59,966 nt of DNA. Source: an uncultured Candidatus Poseidoniales archaeon (GTDB lineage: Archaea; Thermoplasmatota; Poseidoniia; Poseidoniales; Poseidoniaceae). This document shows, one piece after another, positions 43,761 through 52,033 of this stretch. The position numbers were made by a program, and so were the translations under genes. The notes beneath the pieces were generated by a model. That model saw only the letters and a program-made list of their open reading frames with translations, had not been told where the DNA came from and ran no database searches. The stretch covers positions 1 through 59,966 of the forward strand of contig CAXGZX010000003.1 in assembly GCA_964014545.1 (NCBI GenBank), given 5' to 3'. The number at the start of each line of letters is the position of its first letter. Position 1 is the first letter of the stretch.

Positions 43761-46475
43761 TTAGAACGAGCCTGGCGGTGGGGGACCTGTTGGTCTATCT
43801 GGCATCATGTCACTGCCTTCCGCTTGAGTCAGCATTGAGAAATCATCTTGATAGGGCAACTTATCAGTTTCTTGAACTGAATCCTTCTTTCGTAAATAAA
43901 TGATAACTCCAACTCCTGCAATGCTGGCAAAAATCATAACTCTAATGATTAAATCAAACCATGAATCCATGTTTGCATTATCAGGGAATGCATCATAGTA
44001 ATTAGCAATGCCATCGCCATCTGAATCATATTTTGCCTTAGAATCATTAGGGAATAAATCTGAATTATCCCCTAACCCATCATTATCCGTATCATTCCAT
44101 TCTGCTCTATCATCAGGGAATGCGTCTTGATTATCACCGATCCCATCGACATCCCGGTCATAACATTCAGCTGGGTCATCAGGCCATATGTCTTGATTAT
44201 CCCCACATCCATCACCATCAGAATCTAACCATTCAGTTGGGTCCATTGGAAACGCATCAGCATTGTCCCCTACCGTATCGCCATCAGTATCATTCCATTC
44301 CGATGGATCACTTGGAAAAACATCCGTATTATCGCCGTATGTATCATTATCAAAATCATACCAGTCTAGAGGGTCATTGGGGAATAAGTCAGTATTATCT
44401 CCGTAGCCATCTCCATCAGAGTCTGCCCAGTCATCAATATCATCGGGAAATAAATCAGTGTTATCTGAAAAACCATCCCCGTCACGGTCTGGGCAACCTT
44501 CTGGAGAAAGTGACAAGCCGAATTTTGTTGGGCAAGCGTCTCGATTATCCCCAAATCCATCATCATCATAATCCAACCACTCGGTTACATCATCGGGAAA
44601 TTTATCATAATTATCGCCGTAACCATCCCCATCTGTGTCAATGCATTCAGTTTCATCGAACGGAAATTGGTCTGAATTATCACCACAACCATCAGCATCA
44701 CCATCACTCCATTCAGATGCGTCTAGAGGGAATTTGTCAATGCCATCAATTACTCCATCACCATCAGTATCTTCATCATAAATATCAGTTCCAGCAATGG
44801 TTTCATCAACGTTATCAAGTAAATCACCATCAATATCTGAGTCTTCAGTATTGGAACAGCCATCATCATCTAAGTCATTATCATGAACGCCAATTTCACC
44901 TCTTGGGCAAGCATCTGCTAAATCTGGAATTAGGTCATTATCATCGTCTAAATCAACATCATCAGTACAACCGTCTGAGTCGTGATCGTTACTTGCTTCG
45001 CTAAATGGACAGGGGTCAATGGCGTCATTAAGTCCGTCTTCATCAGAATCCCGTTGTGCTGCTGAACACCCATTACTATCGACAATTTCCCCTAAAACTG
45101 TTGCTGGGCAAAGATCATCACCGTTGGAAACTCCGTCATTATCATCATCTAATTGTTCCCACGAACATCCTGTTTGGTCTGCAGTCCAATCGTTATTGGT
45201 CCATGGACACTGGTCATAATCATCGATAATCAGGTCACCATCGGTATCTGCATTACCAATAGATTGGATGGCAAAAAAGGAGATGAATTCATGCATGACT
45301 CTAGTTGGATGTGCCTTATCAAAAAATATGAACTCATCTGGGTTACTTGCCACTGTTGAAGCACTATTGCAAATTGGTAATGGTAACAACGTTGCTGAAG
45401 CACTACAAGCGGAGTCTTGAGTATTGGTTATTCCCAGTGCCTCACTGTTGTCAACAATGTCATTAAACAATGACCAAGCATCAATGAAATGTACTGTGAT
45501 TGATAATTCTGCTGTTAAATCATTAACCAGTGTTGCTAATTTCGTATTGTATGAGACTACCTCGGAAGCAATGCTATTTTGTTGACTTTGGCTGCGGCCT
45601 AGAATTTCTGGAGTTTTTTCTAATGGTGGTAAATTAGGAATGATAAATTCACGCGCTCCTGCAGCATCTAGTTGCCTGATGTGCGATTCCATATTCGCTA
45701 CTATGGTATCTGAATTAGCGGTTCCGTATAGAAAATCATTACCTCCAGCCCATAGAGAAACGACCTCATTTGATGCGATGCTTGATTGAACATTTGCTAG
45801 ATAGTTGTTAATTTGAGTCCCGACATTTGGCAGCAATAAGTACGAAAATCCTTGACCAGTTTGGGAGCCGCCAAACGCCCTATTATCTCCTTGTTCGGTT
45901 AATGAACCAACAGTCGTTGAAACACCGTAGGCTTGTGAAACATATTCTAACCAAACTGGACCATTGGAAAATCGGCCTTGCCAATATGGTGGCACATCAG
46001 GAACATTTAGGATACTATCCTTAGCATTGCCCATATCACTTAACGAGTCACCAAAGGCCAATAAATTGCCAATTTGCGGCATTATTGTATTTTGAAACAC
46101 CATGAATGGAATTTGAGAATTTGCCAGTATGGCATTATCCAAATTAATTATCTCAACTGACATAAAATAGAAATTTGAACCCTGAAAAAAGTGTTTTACT
46201 GGCAATGGAAATTGACTGTTTGGTCCGGTTGGTTGAAATTGACTACTACCTGATTGTACAAGTGAACCATCAAGATCAGTTATTACGTACTCTGCGGTTA
46301 ATTCACTCCCAAATGGGGCGTTAGAAACTTTAACACTAAATTCAATTGTGTCGTTTGAATACCAGTCATATTTCATCATCGAGATTTCAACATCAACCGA
46401 ACGAGCACTGGTTGATGCAGCAAATGGCAGTGCGGAGCAAAGCAACAATAAGACCAATATCATTGCTTTTCGCAT
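43761..46475 (-). CDS. surface-anchored SGNH/GDSL lipase-esterase with TSP3-repeat stalk
   Basis: FGDSLSD (block I), GRFSNGPVW, GGND (III), FDKAHPT (V); about 20 D.FP.D..EW.D.DGDG.GDN repeats; C-terminal TM. Confidence 0.88.
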   Translation of the reverse strand: MRKAMILVLLLLCSALPFAASTSARSVDVEISMMKYDWYSNDTIEFSVKVSNAPFGSELTAEYVITDLDGSLVQSGSSQFQPTGPNSQFPLPVKHFFQGSNFYFMSVEIINLDNAILANSQIPFMVFQNTIMPQIGNLLAFGDSLSDMGNAKDSILNVPDVPPYWQGRFSNGPVWLEYVSQAYGVSTTVGSLTEQGDNRAFGGSQTGQGFSYLLLPNVGTQINNYLANVQSSIASNEVVSLWAGGNDFLYGTANSDTIVANMESHIRQLDAAGAREFIIPNLPPLEKTPEILGRSQSQQNSIASEVVSYNTKLATLVNDLTAELSITVHFIDAWSLFNDIVDNSEALGITNTQDSACSASATLLPLPICNSASTVASNPDEFIFFDKAHPTRVMHEFISFFAIQSIGNADTDGDLIIDDYDQCPWTNNDWTADQTGCSWEQLDDDNDGVSNGDDLCPATVLGEIVDSNGCSAAQRDSDEDGLNDAIDPCPFSEASNDHDSDGCTDDVDLDDDNDLIPDLADACPRGEIGVHDNDLDDDGCSNTEDSDIDGDLLDNVDETIAGTDIYDEDTDGDGVIDGIDKFPLDASEWSDGDADGCGDNSDQFPFDETECIDTDGDGYGDNYDKFPDDVTEWLDYDDDGFGDNRDACPTKFGLSLSPEGCPDRDGDGFSDNTDLFPDDIDDWADSDGDGYGDNTDLFPNDPLDWYDFDNDTYGDNTDVFPSDPSEWNDTDGDTVGDNADAFPMDPTEWLDSDGDGCGDNQDIWPDDPAECYDRDVDGIGDNQDAFPDDRAEWNDTDNDGLGDNSDLFPNDSKAKYDSDGDGIANYYDAFPDNANMDSWFDLIIRVMIFASIAGVGVIIYLRKKDSVQETDKLPYQDDFSMLTQAEGSDMMPDRPTGPPPPGSF

Positions 46476-46530
46476 GGTACTGCTAATGTTACAGAGTTGA
46501 AAGAAGTACCTACAACTTAACTCAATTCAC

Positions 46531-47490
46531 TTAATCATTCTCAACCAATACAGCATCGAAGGTTACGATTGTATCATCATGCAAGCTTTGCGGTGGGTCT
46601 ATTCTAGCGATAAGCAACAACACTATTCCAAGCAAAATTAAGCCTAATATGCTCAAGGTTTTCGCCGTAACCAATGGTTCAGATTCTTCGCTCAATTCAC
46701 CAAATCTAATCGTTCCATCAGGGTCAGCAACCCCAATCATCCTAACCGAATCAATGTGCGCCTCGCGAATTGGACGTCCAAGCAAATCTGGTCCAGGATT
46801 GGCAAAGTTATCTGGAGCGGGATTTGTCACAGTTGGCGTGCTAGCGATTTCACGAACCGTATTCATACCATCTCTCACAATGCCAAATACCGCATAACCT
46901 CCATCATCGCGATTCTCTGGGTCCAGACCATGTTGTTCATTGTCAGTGATGTACCATTGGGAGTCTGCTGAATCTTGTTCTGCACCTCTAGCCATGCCCA
47001 TTGCACCATCAACATGTGAGAGATTGACATCATGTTCTAGTGGAATTGTTTCACCTGTTCCTCCACTACTGCATTGTGGGCTAGTAACTGGATATGCTCC
47101 TACAGTTTTGCATTCAGGGTCTCCTGATTGAATAACAAAGTCGTCAACAACTCTGTGAAAAAAAACGCCGTCATACAGACCTGTCTCAATGTGCTGGATG
47201 ATATTTGTAGTAGTAATTGGCGCCCATTGTTCAAACAATTCAATGGTTATATTTCCCTGAACTTCTGGGGAAGTTAAACCAGTATGGTAACTAATTTCGA
47301 TAACTAATACAGCATTTCCTTGATATGATTGATTCATTGGTGTCGCTTCCTCGACCGGGCCGTCAGTCCAACTACTAGGATCGATTCCAACACTTCGCCA
47401 AGACGGTGCTTCAGTTTGCCCAGAGGCGCTGATTGGCAAAGATAGCAACATGAAATTTAACACGATGAACAGAGCCAATCGTCCTCGCAT
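46531..47490 (-). CDS. membrane-anchored cyclophilin-type peptidyl-prolyl isomerase
   Basis: ELFEQWAPITTTN, YDGVFFHRVVDDFVIQSGD, GAMGMAR, SQWYI, YAVFGIV; signal peptide and C-terminal TM. Confidence 0.9.
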   Translation of the reverse strand: MRGRLALFIVLNFMLLSLPISASGQTEAPSWRSVGIDPSSWTDGPVEEATPMNQSYQGNAVLVIEISYHTGLTSPEVQGNITIELFEQWAPITTTNIIQHIETGLYDGVFFHRVVDDFVIQSGDPECKTVGAYPVTSPQCSSGGTGETIPLEHDVNLSHVDGAMGMARGAEQDSADSQWYITDNEQHGLDPENRDDGGYAVFGIVRDGMNTVREIASTPTVTNPAPDNFANPGPDLLGRPIREAHIDSVRMIGVADPDGTIRFGELSEESEPLVTAKTLSILGLILLGIVLLLIARIDPPQSLHDDTIVTFDAVLVEND

Positions 47491-47571
47491 GTGTAACGTA
47501 CTGGCATCTCACACATGAATAATTCGACAAATAAGCGTCATACTCATCAGTCAGTAGTTACTGGAAAGACC

Positions 47572-49467
47572 ATGGCAGGCGCATCTCCCGTTGAATCAAC
47601 TGTTGCGCTAGCCCCGAAATTAATTGACATATATCCAATTAACAGGAGAAAGCAATTAAACAAGCCGTTACTTTCTCTCACCGCCTTGTTATTGACTTTC
47701 ATGTTGATGTCAGGTTGCTTGAATGGAATGGTTAACGACAATTCAAACGGCGATGACACATTTAACGGCGATTGGTGGGAAACTCCCCTTTCTCATAGGC
47801 ACACAATGGATTTGCCAATGGATACTATGCGAGCCCAATTACCAGTAAACGGCACCTATGAAGCACTGCCATATACCGAACATTTTGTATCGGTTGAATT
47901 ACCACTAGAAGAACAAGATATCGGCACTCCAGAAGATGACTTGATGCATGTGGCACTTTGGCTGCCTGATGTCGAAGAAGGTGTCAAAGTACCAGTAATA
48001 ATGACCATTCATCCATACTATGACTTTGGGGGTGAAGGGATTGTTGGTGATGACTCTTCACCAAATACTGTACCTGATGGCGGTGTTGGAAAATGGGTTT
48101 ACGATACTTTTGTTCCTCACGGCTACGCCCTAGCCCAAGCCTCAACTTTTGGCACTGGACAGTCTACTCACTGCCAAGATGTCAAAGGATTGTCAGAACA
48201 AATCGGTATTCAAGCAGTCGTTGACTGGCTTGGAGAGCAAGAATGGTCAAACGGCAATGTTGGACTAATGGGCAAATCATATGCTGGTACAACTAACTGG
48301 GAGGCTGCCCAGAATCCTTCAGAGCATCTCAAAACAATTGTGCCAATTTCTGGCTCGATTGGCGTTCAAGAAATGTTCTATCGTAACGGCTCCTCAGAAA
48401 GCCGAGCAATGGTCTATGATGCATTATACGAAGGTGCTACTACCGACCCTACTTTTGACGACGCACGAATGTGTACCGACGATGCTGTTGGTCCACTAAA
48501 TCCGCTTACTACTTGGGCAGGTGCAGAGTATGGTGGCTCAAAGTGGAGTAAATACTGGGAAGAGCGAAGACATTTGCCAGATGTGTTAGAAAACTATCGA
48601 GGTAGTGTCTACTTAGTTTGGGGCTTACAGGATTGGAATGTTGACCCATACCATGCCTTTCCAACCTATCAAATGATGATTGATGCAGGAATCAATGCCA
48701 GAGCAATTGCTGGTCAATGGGCGCACAATTACCCAGACCAGCCAGACCGTCATTCAGAACTAACCTCCGGTTACGGTGAAGAAGCTTATCCAAATATGAC
48801 TAGAATGGATTGGGGGGTTGAATTATTTGGTTGGTTTAATTATTATCTCAAAGACATCGGGCAAGAACCTGAGCCGATGGTACAAATTCAAACCAATGAT
48901 GGAAAATGGCATGTTGAGGATACCTGGCCACCAGAAGATATGGCATGGGAAATTCAAGATCTATCTTCATTATGGACTCAAACTGGCGATTCGGTAACCG
49001 GCCTTGGTGGAGAAGTAACTCTAGTTAGCCAGCCATTTGAAGATGCTACTCATATTTCTGGATTACCAACACTACATTTAGACGTTACAACCCAATCTTG
49101 CCAAGGTGGACAAATCTTTGCCACCTTGTATGATAATGATGACAACTTAAGACTTGGACATGCCACTATGGATGTAAGATACCGAGACGGCGGTCATGAT
49201 GCTAAAGCAACCGCACCGTTATCGAGTTATACCATGCTGATGGAATTCAATCCCTTAGACATAATAATCCCCGCAGGCCATTCATTACGCCTTGAATTAA
49301 CTGAATCTGGTGAAGATTACTTGCCAAGTCCATGCGCAACAAACCCACTTGGAGGACTGACGGTCAATGGTGGAGATTTCGGTCTTCCAATAATTGACCG
49401 TCCTGATTCCCATGAGGCTTGGTTCCTTGCACCGCCATGGTGGGAACAACAACCAATACCTCAATAG
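47572..49467 (+). CDS. CocE/NonD family hydrolase (S15 X-Pro dipeptidyl-peptidase-like), lipoprotein-like
   Basis: VPVIMTIHPY, GLMGKSYAG nucleophile motif, GLQDWNV, GQWAH, C-terminal beta domain; lipobox-like LMSGC; ORF-track start 47515 is only 24 bp from the divergent start, so 47572 is preferred. Confidence 0.85.
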   Translation: MAGASPVESTVALAPKLIDIYPINRRKQLNKPLLSLTALLLTFMLMSGCLNGMVNDNSNGDDTFNGDWWETPLSHRHTMDLPMDTMRAQLPVNGTYEALPYTEHFVSVELPLEEQDIGTPEDDLMHVALWLPDVEEGVKVPVIMTIHPYYDFGGEGIVGDDSSPNTVPDGGVGKWVYDTFVPHGYALAQASTFGTGQSTHCQDVKGLSEQIGIQAVVDWLGEQEWSNGNVGLMGKSYAGTTNWEAAQNPSEHLKTIVPISGSIGVQEMFYRNGSSESRAMVYDALYEGATTDPTFDDARMCTDDAVGPLNPLTTWAGAEYGGSKWSKYWEERRHLPDVLENYRGSVYLVWGLQDWNVDPYHAFPTYQMMIDAGINARAIAGQWAHNYPDQPDRHSELTSGYGEEAYPNMTRMDWGVELFGWFNYYLKDIGQEPEPMVQIQTNDGKWHVEDTWPPEDMAWEIQDLSSLWTQTGDSVTGLGGEVTLVSQPFEDATHISGLPTLHLDVTTQSCQGGQIFATLYDNDDNLRLGHATMDVRYRDGGHDAKATAPLSSYTMLMEFNPLDIIIPAGHSLRLELTESGEDYLPSPCATNPLGGLTVNGGDFGLPIIDRPDSHEAWFLAPPWWEQQPIPQ

Positions 49468-49487
49468 ATAAACTGGGAAGATAAAAT

Positions 49488-50336
49488 ATGCACATCAAAG
49501 GGAAGATTGTTGGACCTATTGGCGTGTTAATCCTAATAATCGGTGGATTAACTGCAATATCTGGTTTTTCAGAAGTGAGTGAAATTGATAAATTTCAATA
49601 CGTTGAAATTAGTAATGGTACGTTGATAGTTGATGATTTAGAAGGAGGGTTTACAGTTTACGTTGATTACCCGCCTGTCGATTTGAATAATAACCAAATT
49701 CATGATCTCTGTGAGAATATCGTAATTACTGCCACTCATGACGGAAAATGGATTTCTGGTTATGAAACAGAATTTCCAGAAGTGCAAAATGTAGACCTGC
49801 AAAGAGAGGTGTTCAGCTATTCGGTGGACTATGATAATGGTGGATGCAGTACTAATTATGGTGCTGAAGCAGCATGGTATGAAGATAGAGAGTTGACTCA
49901 AATTGGCAGAGTTTGCGTAGGATGCATGAAAGGAAATACGACCATAGTTGCAGAGGATAATATTTCCATGTGGATAAAAACCAATGGTATTGCTGATGAT
50001 GCTTGGGCTGGAGTGATTGGGGGACTGATTATGGGTTGCTGCGGTGCTTGCTTCATTGTATTTGGAATCGCAGGTGGAATTACAATAAATAACGGGAACA
50101 AAAACCCTCAAGTTACTAGTTATCGACCAGGATATGAGATGACAAAACCAAATTATGATGCAATTCCTCAACCAGTATATCAACAAACAATAGACTCTTA
50201 CCAAGAAGAAATTCCACCCGCAGTGGCGACTACAGGGTTGACAAAACCAAATTATAACCAAACTAGCGATGTCCCGAATGAAAAAGAGCAATCAGAACCC
50301 GAACCGAATAAAGGAAATTTTTGGGATAATGTCTGA
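49488..50336 (+). CDS. two-TM membrane protein with Q/P-rich cytoplasmic tail, unknown function
   Basis: N-terminal TM, second TM containing GCCG, tail with QPVYQ and two TKPNY copies. Confidence 0.8.
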   Translation: MHIKGKIVGPIGVLILIIGGLTAISGFSEVSEIDKFQYVEISNGTLIVDDLEGGFTVYVDYPPVDLNNNQIHDLCENIVITATHDGKWISGYETEFPEVQNVDLQREVFSYSVDYDNGGCSTNYGAEAAWYEDRELTQIGRVCVGCMKGNTTIVAEDNISMWIKTNGIADDAWAGVIGGLIMGCCGACFIVFGIAGGITINNGNKNPQVTSYRPGYEMTKPNYDAIPQPVYQQTIDSYQEEIPPAVATTGLTKPNYNQTSDVPNEKEQSEPEPNKGNFWDNV

Positions 50337-50395
50337 AAAACTTGATTTATTGAGCGTACAATAGCATTATAGCGTAATTGTAACCACGCACAATC

Positions 50396-51127
50396 ATGCA
50401 CCCAGCAGGTAAAGTATTCATGGCAATCGGCGTTTTTGTCCTCATCGGAGGAGTGGCGCTGATGGTTATAGGTGGCAACAACGTTGAAGATTTCGGTGAA
50501 TGGAATCCGGAGGAAAAAAGTGCTTTTAGCGGAACAAGTGGGACAATGACCTTTGATTACAACGGTGAAGATATGATTGTAATGGTTCGTGACAATGTTA
50601 GATGCGATGAATTTAGTATGTCTATGACCAATGATACCAGTGACAATTCGTTAACTGTTGATTGTGAAGAGGATGGCGCTTACCCTATTGGTTGGGAGGA
50701 TGATCCGGAAGGATGGTATCACATGACCACTATCAGTTACTGGGATTACAATGAAGGACAATATACTATTGAAGCGAATGCAAATTACGAACTTGTTCCA
50801 CTTTGGGAAGTAGTAGGAGAAGAAATTGGCGAGGCTGTTGGAGGATTATTCCAAGGTGCTGCCGGAGGATTGTTAATTTGTTGTGGCGGAGTAATCTCAA
50901 TATTTGGTTTGATTCTCGGCTTATTAGTCAATAATAATCAAAAAACTATCATTGTCCAAAATGGGGCAATGCCCGGTAATCCGATGATGCAAGCGAATCA
51001 AACTATGGTTACTCAGCCGGTGTATCAGAAGTCCTATGCTGACGTCCCTGTACAACCGCAAACTACCATGCAACAGCCTCAACAAGAAGGCTTTTGGAAT
51101 CAAGATGAACCAAAGAATCCATTTTGA
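50396..51127 (+). CDS. two-TM membrane protein, probable tandem paralog of 49488..50336
   Basis: same layout; ICCGG in TM2, NN.K, QPVYQ, FW near the C-terminus. Confidence 0.8.
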   Translation: MHPAGKVFMAIGVFVLIGGVALMVIGGNNVEDFGEWNPEEKSAFSGTSGTMTFDYNGEDMIVMVRDNVRCDEFSMSMTNDTSDNSLTVDCEEDGAYPIGWEDDPEGWYHMTTISYWDYNEGQYTIEANANYELVPLWEVVGEEIGEAVGGLFQGAAGGLLICCGGVISIFGLILGLLVNNNQKTIIVQNGAMPGNPMMQANQTMVTQPVYQKSYADVPVQPQTTMQQPQQEGFWNQDEPKNPF

Positions 51128-51388
51128 TTAATCATCTGTTGACTGGTGTTGTCTAACTGATAGACCTAGATAGAAACCAAGACAATTTACCACGATGTCC
51201 GAGATTTTGTTATCCCATGTCTCTTGGGCAAACTCGTAGGGCAAGATTAATTCCAAACCTTCCCAGCCAACTGAAAGTATCAAGAAAATGTACCAATTAT
51301 CTAGTAAAAAACGACCAACTGCCGCCCACTGTAAGAAATGCCCAACAGACCAAATATTCAGTAATACCATAACAACACCAAACATCAC
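51128..51388 (-). CDS. small membrane protein (VanZ-like H...WE..E...N...D...N pattern)
   Basis: SVGHF, GWEGLE, ETWDNKISDIVVNCLG; 4-bp overlap with the SCO stop. Confidence 0.7.
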   Translation of the reverse strand: MMFGVVMVLLNIWSVGHFLQWAAVGRFLLDNWYIFLILSVGWEGLELILPYEFAQETWDNKISDIVVNCLGFYLGLSVRQHQSTDD

Positions 51389-52023
51389 ATTGACAGGATT
51401 TTATCCAAGTCGTTTCTAATCCCATCTAGCGCCCAATTATCTCCATCCCAACGAACTTTCTGTAAGCCATCTTTACCAACTATTACTATTCCTTCCGTAT
51501 GTTCAACATCATAGTAAACAGTATGACCTCTTCCTTCGATTGAAGTGCTATTTTCACTTTCTTTTAGTACCACGCCAATGCCAAAATCTGACCATATTTG
51601 TTCAACTGATGAGAAGTCTCCATCAATGAACTCAAAGGTCGTGAGATAAGTCCATGAGGTGTTAAAATAAGTCATATAATCAACTAAATCATTAGGCCCA
51701 TCACGCCATGGATCAACGGTTATTGAGATAAATGTGAGATTATTACCAATCTCAGATTCATACTCTTGATACAGTGTTTTCAGTTCTGCAGTTACCGTTG
51801 AGCATACGTCAGGGCAATTGGTGTAAAAGAAATTAACCACAATAACCATGTCATCCAAACTTGTTGAATTAAAAGTAGAATTATTTGAGTCTACTAAAGT
51901 AAACGGTGTGAATGATTTATTTGATGCAATATCGTTGCCGTCAAATAAATTGTCTTCGGTTGAAACACATCCCGCAAATAACAAATTTAATGTTACCAAA
52001 CTGGTTAAAATCCGGTAATGCAC
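51385..52023 (-). CDS. SCO1/SenC family copper chaperone, lipoprotein-like
   Basis: FTLVDSN, FFYTNCPDVC (CxxxC), ISITVDPWRD, distal His (VEHT); lipobox LFAGC. Confidence 0.9.
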   Translation of the reverse strand: MHYRILTSLVTLNLLFAGCVSTEDNLFDGNDIASNKSFTPFTLVDSNNSTFNSTSLDDMVIVVNFFYTNCPDVCSTVTAELKTLYQEYESEIGNNLTFISITVDPWRDGPNDLVDYMTYFNTSWTYLTTFEFIDGDFSSVEQIWSDFGIGVVLKESENSTSIEGRGHTVYYDVEHTEGIVIVGKDGLQKVRWDGDNWALDGIRNDLDKILSM

Positions 52024-52033
52024 TTATGATTCC

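Noticed and set aside
44120-45004. 294-aa His/Arg-rich plus-strand ORF, and similar antisense ORFs at 17081..17647 and 26470..26862
   Set aside because: They are antisense shadows of Asp/Gly-rich repeat codons (GAT reads as ATC/CAT); no independent RBS or domain
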